Assembly: GCA_964016885.1 (NCBI GenBank)
Contig: OZ024741.1
Location: forward strand, 35,030,001 to 35,094,000
From: Eledone cirrhosa
Taxonomy: Eukaryota
Reading direction: 5' to 3'
DNA length: 64,000 bases
In this document: positions 29,803-42,552 of the stretch, piece by piece
Position numbering within the stretch: position 1 is the stretch's first letter
Layout: the number at the start of each line of letters is the position of its first letter
Translations under genes and position numbers: made by a program
The notes under the pieces: model-generated
Told to the model about the DNA's origin: nothing
Database searches by the model: none
The model's input: only the letters and a program-made list of their open reading frames with translations

Positions 29803-30009
29803 CTCCCTACCCCCTCTCTCACACTCTAGCTATTCCACCCTACCCCCAATCCCCTCCCTACCCCCTCTCTCACACACTCTAGCTATTCCACCCTACCCCC
29901 AATCCCCTCCCTACCCCCTCTCTCACACTCTAGCTATTCCACCCTACCCCCAATCCCCTCCCTACCCCCTCTCTCACACTCTAGCTATTCCACCCTACCC
30001 CCAATCCCC
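29803..30009. repeat. 51-53 bp C-rich minisatellite, 4 copies
   Basis: Unit CTCCCTACCCCCTCTCTCACACTCTAGCTATTCCACCCTACCCCCAATCCC. Confidence 0.9.
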
Positions 30010-30117
30010 AGACAGCCTGCTAACCAGCAAGAATTTACCCCCCCCCCCTTCTTAACAAAATGTGAAACAAATAAAAGAACATTTTACCTCAACACAGACA
30101 CAGACTTACACGTGTAG

Positions 30118-30780
30118 TCACACACATATATACACACACATATACACACACATATACACACACATATACACACACATATACACACACATATACACACACA
30201 TATACACACACATATACACACACATATACACATACATATATACATATATACACATACATATACACACATATATACACATACATATACAGACATATATACA
30301 CATACATATACACACATATATACACATACATATACACACATACATATACACATACATATACACACATACATATACACACATATATACACATACATATACA
30401 CACACATATATACACATACATATATACACATACATATACACACATATATACACACACATATATACACATACATATACACACATATATACACACACATATA
30501 CACATAAATATACACACACATATACACATACATATACACATACATATATACACATACATATACACACATATATACACATACATATACACACATATATACA
30601 CATACATACACATACATATACACATACATATACACATACATATACACATACATAAACACACACATACATACACATACATATACACATACATATACACATA
30701 CATATACACACACATATATACACATACATATATACACATACATATACACACATATATACACACATACATACACATACACA
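30118..30780. repeat. Compound (CA)/(TA) array
   Basis: CATATACACACA-type units. Confidence 0.95.
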
Positions 30781-31005
30781 CTCGTCCACCTCCGAAATTC
30801 AATGCACTCAGTCACACATAGGAACAAACACACACGTAGACACACACATATATGTATGCGTGTGTGCCTATGTACACATACACGCAATATATATATATAA
30901 ACACACACACACATATATATAAATATATATACATATATATATATGTATGTATGTATATATATATATATACACAATCATATACACATGGACACAATCATAC
31001 ATATA

Positions 31006-31040
<35 letters not shown>

Positions 31041-31045
<5 letters not shown>

Positions 31046-31230
31046 AAAAAGTATGACCCCGACGGTAGAGCTCAAGCCGTTTCGACGGCTATTTCTGGAA
31101 ATAGCCGTCGAAACGGCTTGAGCTCTGCCGTCGGGGTCATACTTTTTCCTATTACCCACTCTACTACCCTAAGTATTGAGTACTTTGGTGCGTTATGGTC
31201 CATCTGGTTCCTTACCACAACTCCTTCGTT
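31041..31230 (+). mobile_element. Fold-back element family P, copy 2
   Basis: Near-perfect hairpin 31041-31152 followed by the shared tail. TA-rich sequence on both sides. Confidence 0.8.
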
Positions 31231-31330
31231 ATGTATATATATATACATATATATATACATATATAAATATATATATATACACACATATATATACACACAA
31301 ACACACACACACATATATATATACACACAA

Positions 31331-31362
<32 letters not shown>

Positions 31363-31804
31363 TCATGCTTATATATATATGTACATTCTTATATATGAAT
31401 ATATATATATGTGTGTGTGTGATTATTTCATATATAAATAACTTCTACAGAAATAGAATTATTTCATTTATTTCAAATCATCACGAAGGTCCTTTTGATT
31501 ATGTCAAATGAATGAAATAGGTTGGGTCTTGTAGGAGTCATGGCATTATGAAATAAATTTTATTTTCTCTCCTAATGTATTGAGTGTCTTATGTAACTCT
31601 GGTATTTTACCGTTCCTATTCAGAAAAAACTTGTTAACCACACACACACACACACACACATACACAAATACACACACACACACACACACACATACATATA
31701 GACGCACACACTCACGTATGTAATATAATAAATAAATAAGATTGCATATATGTGTGTATATATATATATACATATATATATATACATATATACATATATA
31801 TATA

Positions 31805-31843
<39 letters not shown>

Positions 31844-32097
31844 CTACATATTCACAAGAGCAGATTCAGAATTAACATGAACAAACATACGGGGAGGCCC
31901 ACACACATACACATACACACTCACGTACGCACATACACAAACACGTACACGCACGCACACACCATACACACACTTACACGTGTACACGTGTGAGAACACA
32001 CAAGAAGTGCATCACACACAGAAAAGGGGCGGGTATTACCCCTCTCTAACACAATCACATACAAATAAACGCTTATACACACATATATGTATATATA

Positions 32098-32197
<100 letters not shown>

Positions 32198-32332
32198 ATT
32201 ATATATATATAGATAGATATAGATATATATAGAGATATAATATATAGATATAGATATAATATAAATATTATATCTAATATATATATTATATCTATATCTA
32301 TATATTATATCTCTATATATATCTATATAGGA

Positions 32333-32530
32333 AGGAAAAAGTATGACCCCGACGGCAGAGCTCAAGCCGTTTCGACAGCTAATTCTGAGTCCAGAAATAG
32401 CCGTCGAAACGGCTTGAGCTCTGCCGTCGGGGTCATACTTTTTCCTATTACCCACTCTACTACCCTAAGTATAGAGTATTCTGGTGCGTTATGTTCCATC
32501 TGGTTCCTGGTTCCTTACCACAATTCCTTC

Positions 32531-32531
<1 letters not shown>
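32333..32531 (+). mobile_element. Fold-back element family P, copy 3
   Basis: Hairpin about 32334-32447 plus tail; TA-flanked. Confidence 0.8.
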
Positions 32532-32594
<63 letters not shown>

Positions 32595-32795
32595 TATGTT
32601 CACGTACATACATATATGTATACAAACGTACAGTAGTATGTATATATATATACATACATGCACACATATATATATGTACGTATGGATTCACCGAACATTT
32701 ATCATAATGCTCGGTGTGTTTGTAAACAAACATCCCGTATTAAGCCGTAATGTCTAGCAACTATCGTTGCTCGTTTGTTCAACACTGACAAAGGA

Positions 32796-32838
32796 ACGCT
32801 GTACTAGTTTCAAGCTCATTAGCTATCGTCAGCAACGT
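32796..32838 (-). ncRNA. Minimal type I hammerhead ribozyme
   Basis: acgttg-CTGACGA-t agct aatg agct t-GAAA-ctag-TA-cagcgt. Stem I acgttg/cagcgt; palindromic stem III (CTAG). Confidence 0.8.
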
Positions 32839-33234
32839 ATACCTTCCTGCCAGATTGTTGAACGTATATACTTACCTTATGCATATTAACGGTTGAGTAG
32901 CCCAATTTGCATATCGAGTGGGTTAATCGGCCTGGTGCACCGAAAACGATAAACGGAAAAAATGAAACGAAATTTAATTTCCCACTCTTAGTACGGCTGT
33001 TACTTAAATATAAGTATGTACACGTACATACATATATGTATACACACGTACAGTAGTATGTATATATATATACATACATGCACACATATATATATGTACG
33101 TATGGATTCACCGAACATTTATTATAATGCTCGGTGTGTTTGTAAACACTCGGTGTGTTTGTAAACAAACATCCCGTATTAAGCCGTAGTGTCTAGCAAC
33201 CATCGTTGCTCGTTTGTTCAACATTGACAAAGGA

Positions 33235-33274
33235 ACGCTGTACTAGTTTCAAGCTTATTAGCTATCGTCAGCAA
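33235..33274 (-). ncRNA. Minimal type I hammerhead (second R1 copy; stem I cut by the inversion junction)
   Basis: ttg-CTGACGA-tagctaataagctt-GAAA-ctag-TA-cagcgt. The inverted copy at about 33343-33379 (+) has GTAA instead of GAAA. Confidence 0.7.
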
Positions 33275-33512
33275 ATTGGGCTACTCAGCCGTTAATATGC
33301 ATAAGGTAAGTATATACGTTCAACAATCTGGCAGGAAGGTATACGTTGCTGACGATAGCTAATAAGCTTGTAACTAGTATGTGTGCATGTATGTATATAT
33401 ATATATACATACTACTGTACGTCTGTATACATATATGTATGTACGTGTACATACTTATATTTAAGTAACAGCCGTACTAAGAGTGGGAAATTAAATTTCG
33501 TTTCATTTTTCC

Positions 33513-33568
<56 letters not shown>

Positions 33569-33659
33569 ATAATAATAAATTTGAAGACTAAAATCCAAAG
33601 AGGGCTCGATAAGGATAAATATATATATCAAATATATAAGAACCGTAGAGCAAATATTT

Positions 33660-34548
33660 ATTAAAATAACAGATTAAAGTTTAAGCAAAGAATCGCTGCT
33701 TTCACCCTTAACGGAATCTTCTGAAACTAACAAAGTCAATCTGTAAACACAGAAGTGGATATTTCAAAAAACGTTGCAACCGGAGGGAGACAAGAAGACG
33801 ATACTTTGGTTCGTGGTAACGTTCGCTGGCAAAGAACGGGAAAAAACGAATATAATACGTCATTAATAGGAGCGGTGAAAAACAATTACGCGCAAAGACA
33901 GAACCACGTTTATGGTATAAAAGAGGTCGTAGACTAATGTTCTCTTAGGTGGTTCATAGAGACGTTCTCTGACAATGATCGACAAAAACGAAGGTAATAC
34001 ATCATATGTGGAGCGTGGAGAACAATAGTACGCAAAGACAAGACCACGTAAATGGTATAGCAGAAGTCGTAGACTAAAATTCTAACTAGGAGACCGAATG
34101 CATCTTCACTACAGAGTTAAGAACAAAATTTGAGTCTACGACTTCTGCTATACCATTTACGTGGTCTTGTCTTTGCGTGCTATTGTTCTCCACGGTCCAC
34201 ATATGACGTATTATCTTCGTTTTTTTCGTTCATTGCCAGAGAACGTCTCTATGAACCACCTAAGAGAACATTAGTCTACGACCTCTTTTATACCATAAAC
34301 GTGGTTCTGTCTTTGCGCGTAATTGTTTTTCACCGCTGCTATTAATGACGTATTATATTCGTTTTTTCCCGTTCTTTGCCAGCGAACGTTTCCACGAACC
34401 AAAGTATCGTCTTCCTGTCTTCCTCCGGTTGCAACGTTTTTTTAAATATCCACTTCTGCGTTTACAGATTGACTTTGTTAGTTTCAGAAGATCCCGTTAA
34501 GAGTGAAAGCAGCGATTCTTTGCTTATACTTTAATCTGTTATTTTAAT
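33660..34548. repeat. About 420-bp inverted repeat pair (33660-34077 / 34132-34548) with internal 140-bp duplication and terminal HHR-like motifs
   Basis: The arms are reverse complements with few mismatches. HHR-like motif agttt-CAGAAGA-t(t/c)cc gttaa g(g/a)gt-GAAA-gca..tgc-TT-a(a/t)act at 33678-33728 (-) and 34480-34530 (+). Confidence 0.8.
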
Positions 34549-34589
34549 ATACATATATATATATATATATATATTATGTGTGTGTGCAT

Positions 34590-34860
34590 ATGTATTTAGT
34601 GATAAGTTATTTTGCTCACGATCGTAAAGTCATGAGTTCGATTCCTTGCGGGGTGTTGTGTCCTTGAACAAGACACTTTATTTTACATTGCTCTAGTCAA
34701 CGAAGTTGGTAAAAATGCGAAAGGCCAGCTTTGTCACATTCTGTGCCACGCTTAGTTACCTTGAGTACGAGTGTCTGTGGAATGCTCAGCCACTTGCATG
34801 TTTATTTCACGACCAGGCTGTTCCGTTGATCATATCAGCAGGAACACTCGTCATAACCGC
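34590..34860 (+). mobile_element. SINE family B (CORE-like)
   Basis: GAGTTCGATTCC B-box, TGTGTCCTTGAACAAGACACTTTA core, and 3' region. Confidence 0.75.
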
Positions 34861-34959
34861 GTGTGGGCACACACACACACACACACACACACACTGACAC
34901 ACATATATACATACATATATATATATATATAATGTTGGTGTAAAGGCTTACCACATCAA

Positions 34960-36843
34960 AACACATGATTTAGGAATAAAGGCGGTTAAATACTGGGTGG
35001 AAAAACATAGAGAAGTGATTCCCACCAGATTCACAGCGCCAGTCAAACTTATTCTGGAAAACAACACTTTCTTCTTCAATGGAAAGAATTACATCCAAAT
35101 TAGAGGCACAGCGATGGAACGAAGTTTGCTCCCGTTTACGCGAACTCTGTAATGGGATACTTAGAACAACAACTCTACCAAGAAATAGAGGAAAAATATA
35201 GCACTGAATTTAGAAAGTACATTGAAAAGTCTTGGAAGAGATACCTTGACGACTGTTTCATCATCTGGACAGAATCTCCAGAAACTCTGGATGAGTTCAA
35301 TATCCTCCTGAATAACCTACACCCATCTCTCCAATTCACAAAAGAGATGAGTAGTACCAAATTACCATTCCTAGATACAATGGTAATCAAAAACGACACC
35401 ACCATTACCACGGATATATACTATAAACACACAGACACCCATCAATATCTGAATTTTAAGTCGTGCCATCCACCTCATACAAAACGCAACATACTGCCTA
35501 GCCAGAAGAATTTATACCATTGTAGAAGATACGAATACCAGGAACAAACGCCTAACAGAACTGAGAGAATTTTTGCTCAAACAAAAATACCCATCTCTAC
35601 TTATAGAAAATGGCATACAGCGGGCTATAAAAATACCTATACAACAACTTAGGACAACCCAAGGAAGAAGAAACCAAGAACTGGTCATACCATTTATAAT
35701 GACACACAACCCATGTCACCAGAATATCTTCAACACTGCCAAAGCAAACCTACTGATCATCGCTCAAAGTAATGAATTAAAAGGTTTAATCACAGACCGA
35801 TCTTTGACTCTTAGTAAAAGACAGCCAAAAAATTTGAAGCAATTACTAACAAAGGTAAAGTTTGACCTTAACAACAAAGACCAATCATTCACTGTATCTA
35901 AATGCAATGATAGTCGATGTGGCACATGTCAATCCATACACGCCGGTCAATATATGAACACAAAAATTGGAAAAATATTCCCAAATGCAAATATGAACTG
36001 CAAAAGCAGAAATCTAATTTACTGCATTAAATGCCCGAATTGTGAAGAACTATATGTCGGTCAAACTGGAAATGCACTATCGGAACGTGCACGGGTGCAC
36101 CGACAGCAAATCAGAGACCCAAGTGTCCGTCAGATACCTCTGAGTAACCATCTAGCAACATGTGGTCAGAAAATATTTATAATATTTCCATTCTACAAAT
36201 TACACAGCCCAAGTGAAATCAAAAGAAAAATTAAAGAAAAGAATGTTATTGATAAATTCCAACCCAAGCTAAATGAACAATAACAATGCTTAGTGGTATT
36301 ACTTCTACTATGACTACGCCTACGACCATGTCGACTACCACCACTAACAACAACAACAACAATAATAATAATAAAAGTGATGTTGGTGGTGATGATTACT
36401 GAAGATTTTTTTATAAAAACCCTAGAAAATGCAATTTCATCATTTCTAAAAATAGCAAAACAATTGATGCTTTGGATAGGGTCAAATAGAAGTCGTTAGA
36501 CATGCTCAACCAACAGTGACGCCTAATGGCCGATTGGTCGAAATACAGTTTGCAAAACTTAACATTCTGTAGCCCCTTTTTACTGTATATAAGGCACAGA
36601 ATCTACCCATTTCATTACAGTTGAAAATTGCAAACTTGACTGTCAGCACTGAATATGAACCCGAAGATTGCGAAAGCATGACAGTACTTGTTCAATTAAC
36701 ACTTAACATTTAATATTCTACCATACTATTTCATTATAATATCATTATAAATTTAAAGGATTGTAAATAAAACGAGTAAATCAGACAAAGCTGGAATTCC
36801 TTTTATTAATATAATCTTCTATACACAACCATACACACCCGTG

Positions 36844-36845
<2 letters not shown>
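34960..36845 (+). mobile_element. Penelope-like element, 5'-truncated and frameshifted (RT C-half + GIY-YIG; Neptune-like Cys linker)
   Basis: QIRGTAM(fs)TKFAPVYAN, WKRYLDDCF, LPFLD, YYKHTDTHQYL.F.SCHP, CNDSRCGTC linker, NLIYCIKCPNCEELYVGQT..R. Stop at 36283, then 3' UTR up to (TA)n. Confidence 0.9.
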
Positions 36846-36911
<66 letters not shown>

Positions 36912-36949
36912 ATATTAATAAATGGAAACTATATTTATAAAACCATATT

Positions 36950-37015
36950 TATTTTATTATATATATTCCAAGGGCAACCAAGGCAAATTATGGTGCGCTT
37001 TCATCAGATAAAATA
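36950..37015 (-). ncRNA. Hammerhead in 3' pLTR (GAAA mutated to GGAA)
   Basis: Same as 40880-40945 except for the core mutation. Confidence 0.6.
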
Positions 37016-40000
37016 CAGATTTGTTTTATAAATAAATATTGACATACCCGGAAAAAAGACAACCTTAACGGTTGGAGCTCCCTGGATAGTGGAGACAATA
37101 TTTTATTGAGGGTAATACACAGTTATGAGTGAGTATGCAAATGAGTGTCCGAAAAGTTGAAAAGATAACGGTTTATTTAAATTAAACTGTTGGAAGAAGA
37201 GGATATGTAAGGGAGAGAGAAAAGAAAAAGAAAAGGGAGGAGAAAGAGAGCAGAGGAAAGAAAGAACGATTATACATAGTGATAGTGAAGATAGTCAGAG
37301 TAAACGAAGAAATAAATATTAATGGTAGAATATAGAGCGTAAATATATCTAAGTGAAAGAAGAAATAAGATTAACGTGGAAGAATAATATTTAGAATGTA
37401 TGGTTCATTACGTTGTGATTATAATATTTATGTTAAGTTAATTAAAAATCAAAATTAAAGATTAAAATTTACCTTAATATAAAATTTTTTCTTTAATATT
37501 AATATTAAAAATTAAAACAGAAGTATTTATATTATATTAGGATGTATTAGTAATAATATATTCGTTTAGATGTGTATGTTATGGATTATAAATTATTTAA
37601 ATAAATATATAGTATTTTACGTTAGAGAAAATCTAGTATAGTTTATTTGATTAAAGTAAGTTTGGCAAAATTATATTTATTAATAGTTGTTAGTCAAAAC
37701 TTAAACATCCAAATAATTCCAAATTTATGAAAATTTACGAGAGTTTACAAAGGAATAACTACTTAATTATATTATAAAAACAGTAAGTATAAAGGAAGTT
37801 TGAAGTGATTTTTTAAGAACTCGAATGACTCCAAGGATACATTAAAAAAAACGTTAAAAAAAATGTTCTTTAAAAAAAATTTTTTTTTATTTTTTTTATT
37901 TTTTTTTTTATGAGAAGTCATAAATGTTATAAAGTTAAACAATTTTATCTTAAGAATATAATTAAATTAAAAAATGTTATCTTAAGGATATAATTAAAAC
38001 ATAAACCATATGTTGTTATAAGAAGTCATAAATTTATCTTAAGAATATAATAATTAAAACAAACCATAAGTTATTTTATAAGAAGTCATAATTGTTATAA
38101 AGTTAAAAAATTTATCTTAAGAATATAATTAAACCATAAACCATAGGTTATTCCACATATATATAAATATTTGGATATATATTTAAAATGTTTGAAGATA
38201 TAAAATATTGGAAGATATGAAAATAATGGTTTTTTCATATCTTTCAAAGGAACTTTCAAAGAATTTTCTAAAACCTTCAGAAAGTCTTTCAAGGAAAATT
38301 TTTCTTAAAAGAATTTCAAGTAGTCATATAAAAAGGTTTATAATCAATTGATAAGTGTAATAATATAAAGTATATTTATGAAGTAGAGATAATAGAAAGT
38401 AAATTAAATATATATGAATCATATATAGATATAATCTGAAGGATGAAGTTGTAGGTGGTTGGATATAGAAAACATTATGTAAAGGAGATTAACCATATAT
38501 TACATTTTATATATATATCTAAAAGTTGAGTTTAAACGATGTTTACAAGAACTAAATAAATTATTACGCAAATTAATAGAGTTCTTACTTTTTAGTATAA
38601 AAAATATTTCTTCAACGCAAAGGGAGCAATTTTTGGATAGAGCTGTGTATGGAGGAGCTTTGGAGATAATTTCTCAAGATAAAGAATAGTTAATATTCTT
38701 GGATTTTAAGTTCCATAATAAGTTGGATAGAGAAGTTGAAGATTTTTTACCAATATTCGTAAAGGAACATTTATGGTTATTGAAACGAGATTTGAAGACT
38801 GTCGAAGTAGAGCCGACATAGTTAAAGGAATTTTCAGTGGTTTTGACATTACAATTGTATACTATATTTTTAACTAAACAGTTATTATTTAGAGGACAGT
38901 TAGATTTATTTCTACAATTACATTTATCTGAATTTATATTATTGGGAGCCGTAACATTATATTGGATATTGATGGAGGTATTAATGTTATTCTGGTTAGG
39001 TTTTAAGTTTCTATTATTAATTCTATTAATATTCTGCGCTAAATTCATAGTGGTGGAATATGAGAGTTTAATAGTATGTCTATTAAAGATTGAGTAATAT
39101 CTGTGTGTCTTAGGAAAACACTTATCTAGAGCTTTAAAAAATGAGAAAGGGGGAGCGAACCATAATATATTTCTAGTTCTATTTCTTCTTTTGATTTTCG
39201 AGTTAGTGCAAGGTTTCCTATTATAATTATATTTATAGTTATGGTTAATTGGCACATCCTTATTATCAATGCATTTAATTTCATTACTATAGCCTGCTCT
39301 ACTTAACGCTTCGTTATAATATTGTGCCTTATCTACAAATATATTTTTATTCGCTGAAATTCTAGAAATACGTTGCTGCACAGAATTTACAATAGTCTTT
39401 TTAATGGATCTGGGGTGATTGGAATTAAAGTTAACATAGTTTAAATTCACATTGATTTTATGAAATGGATAATAAAGACCAGTATTAAGGTTTAAAGTTA
39501 CATCTAAAAAATTAACTATTTTATAATTATTCTCTACTTCTACTTTAAGATTAACGCTATTAAAAATTGTATAATTTCTTTTCTTTTCCTATTTATTTCA
39601 CAATTATTATTATTTACAATAAGCAATAGCATATCGCCACGATATAAATCACCGGTCATCTCTGGTATTTTCCTATGTAAAGTATTGTTAATAAAAAGCC
39701 CCACAAGATCTGTTAATTGCGCCGAGTCCGATGATCCCATAGTGATATCGAAATTGTTATCCCTATCTGCTCTAGTCCAAAGGTGGTTACTAAATTTAAT
39801 TAATGTTTTACGTGCAGTTAAGATGATGTGCATTTCATTGCTAGATAAATCAGTATATTTAAATGCATATGTAAGGGCTTTATTAAGTAAATTAGGAGTG
39901 ATAGATGAGTAATAATTAGCAATATCCAATTGAATGAATTTATTGTTATACTTATATTTAATGTCCTTAAACCAGTCAATAACTTCATTAGTCCCATTCC

Positions 40001-40879
40001 ATAATTTTAAATAAGATATTTCCTTAAGTTGTGGTATGATTCTATCTAAAATATTCTTGCTAAGTATGCCAAGGTCCGATTTAGATGGTGCAATCAGTCT
40101 AACTGGTAATTCAATTTCAAAATTTCTTTTATGGTCCTTCAAATTAATTTTTGGTTTCCTAGGTATGAAGGGTTGAGTCCTATTTTCGATGCCTAAGTCC
40201 TGCATTATATAAGAAGCTTCAGTATTTAGTCGTTCAAGGTCATCATTGGTTGCTCTTTTGTAATTTTTCCTTAATTCCTTCAATATAAGATTATTGTAAT
40301 CATCCTTTTGCATTCCGTAAAGATTGTTGGTTTTATCTGATTTAACAAGAATTTTTTCCGTTTTTTCAAAATTTTCTATATTATTTTTGAGACATTTGAG
40401 GTAATCCTGGCCTACAAAGTGGTTTTTCTTAAATTTAATGTTTTGTATGATAGAAATAATCTCATTTTCAAATTCCATTAATAGTTTGTTGGAAAGTGGA
40501 TTCTTTTTGGATTTGAAGATTCTATCAAGATTGGAAATATTTTCTTTCGCATCAGATTTTTTATCGAAATGAAAAGCACGCCATCTAAGTCTTCTTATAA
40601 ACGAGTCCGAGTTTTCGATAAGTTGTTTTAGAAAGTCCTTATTCTTAGGTAAAGGTATGTCTTTTAGAGAAGAAGAGATCCTAAAGAATTCCATTTTTAA
40701 TCAGTTATAATTTAAAGCGCTCAACAATAAAGGAGCTAAATATATGCAGAGGTTATATTTAATTTGTTGGGATTCAACAAGCTTAAAATTTGTTATAACT
40801 GATATAAAGCACTCAACATATTAGTGGAGTAAATACACAATATATTAATAAATGGAAACTATATTTATAAAACCATATT

Positions 40880-40945
40880 TATTTTATTATATATATTTCA
40901 AGGGCAATCAAGGCAAATTATGGTGCGCTTTCATCAGATAAAATA
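40880..40945 (-). ncRNA. Type I hammerhead ribozyme in PLE 5' pLTR
   Basis: tattttat-CTGATGA-aag..gca....tgc.ctt-GAAA-tatata-TA-ataaaata. 8-bp stem I, palindromic stem III. Confidence 0.8.
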
Positions 40946-41030
40946 CAGATTTGTTTTATAAATAAATATTGACATACCCGGAAAAAAACAACCTTAAGCT
41001 TGTTGAACCCAACAAATTAAATATAACCTC

Positions 41031-41088
<58 letters not shown>

Positions 41089-41146
41089 GTCGTCAAATTA
41101 GGTTGGTAGAAATTTCTAGAAAAAAAAAAAAATTTCTAGAACAAAA

Positions 41147-41187
<41 letters not shown>

Positions 41188-41197
<10 letters not shown>

Positions 41198-42350
41198 GAT
41201 CGAGTATCGAAAAATCGGCGCACGAGTTCACGATAAACAATATTCGAAATGAGCGGCAGAGGGCTCAATAATTCAGATGAATCAGAGCTATAACTATCGT
41301 TAAAATACCGTCACACATAGAACAAGTCTAAAATCAACCATACGATAAAAAATCGATAATAGAAGATTCGGGACAATCAGATAAAAAAATCAATAAAACA
41401 ATACATCAATAATTTAAATGAATGTAAAATCATACCCGGACCCACTAGAAAGGTGTTAAATCTAGCTTCTTGGGTTTCTGTAAATCCTTAGACTGTACTC
41501 TATCAGCTCACATATAAATATATAAGACTTCTAGAGCAAGCGGAATGGAAGTTTACTTCATCAACGAGCTTTTTCCTAGCGGATAAGAGGCTAACTACAA
41601 GCGAAATACGCACATGGAATCCGGCAAGGGAGATAACCTCTACATCCGCGAAAACTATTCGAGGAAATGTGGAAATACACATATCGAATAAGAGTGCTCA
41701 ATAGACATGTTAAAATAAAACAGGAGCTATTCATCACTCAATAGAATCGACAAAAATTGAGCAATAAAATTAACTGGTGGATAGCTATGTCCAGAGCTAA
41801 AAATATTAGAAAGATCGAGTATCGAAAAATCGGCGCACGAGTTCACGATAAACAATATTCGAAATGAGTGGCAGAGGGCTCAATAATTCAGATGAATCAG
41901 AGCTATAACTATCGTTAAAATACCGTCACACATAGAACAAGTCTAAAATCAACCATACGATAAAAAATCGATAATAGAAGATTCGGGACAATCAGATAAA
42001 AAATATCAATAAAACAATACATCAATAATTTAAATGAATGTAAAATCATACCCGGACCCACTAGAAAGGTGTTAAATCTAGCTTCTTGGGTTTCTGTAAA
42101 TCCTTAGACTGTACTCTATCAGCTCACATATAAATATATAAGACTTCTAGAGCAAGCGGAATGGAAGTTTACTTCATCAACGAGCTTTTTCCTAGCGGAT
42201 AAGAGGCTAACTACAAGCGAAATACGCACATGGAATCCGGCAAGGGAGATAACCTCTACATCCGCGAAAACTATTCGAGGAAATGTGGAAATACACATAT
42301 CGAATAAGAGTGCTCAATAGACATGTTAAAATAAAACAGGAGCTATTCAT
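41188..42350. repeat. 615-bp near-identical tandem duplication, TA-flanked
   Basis: 41188-41802 is repeated at 41803-42350. A diverged relative of its first ~130 bp is at about 44620-44750. Confidence 0.9.
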
Positions 42351-42353
42351 ACA

Positions 42354-42465
<112 letters not shown>

Positions 42466-42552
42466 TGAGAGAGTGTGTGTGTTAAGTATTTCCGTAGAAG
42501 AGTGCTCTATGTATAGTACAGAGCTATTTAATTACATAAGAAACAACACAAT

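Larger units (their letters stand above)
32591..33516 (-). mobile_element. Retrozyme/pLTR-like element family R1: about 420-bp tandem unit with inverted segments
   Basis: Direct repeat 32591.. / 33011.., inversions at about 33275-33380 and 33380-33516. TA-flanked. Carries HHRs. Confidence 0.75.
36907..41035 (-). mobile_element. Penelope-like element (Naiad-like), decayed, with pLTR direct repeats and a 5' inverted segment
   Basis: ORF pieces 40694-39540 (FIRRLRWRA, KSDKT, PVRLI, LDIANYYSSI, ITMGS, YRGD) and 39450-38500 (SNHP, ILWFAPPFS, CNCRNKSNCPL..C, IVY..YVGST..FKSRFNNH). Direct repeats 36907-37068 and 40837-40997. Positions 40994-41035 are an inverted copy of about 40742-40786. Confidence 0.9.

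Noticed and set aside
28625-31773. His/Thr/Val/Cys-rich ORFs of 100-326 aa
   Set aside because: They are read-throughs of tri- and dinucleotide arrays, open in several frames on both strands.
36640-36690. Hammerhead in the 3' region of the plus-strand PLE (CTGAATA...GAAA)
   Set aside because: Core mismatch and no stem III or UH; at best a decayed remnant.
38674-38676. In-frame TGA in the Naiad-like GIY-YIG region as possible selenocysteine
   Set aside because: It falls where Trp is expected (YSLS*EII), not Cys. The element also has a frameshift and YRGD in place of YxDD, so a TGG-to-TGA nonsense mutation is simpler.
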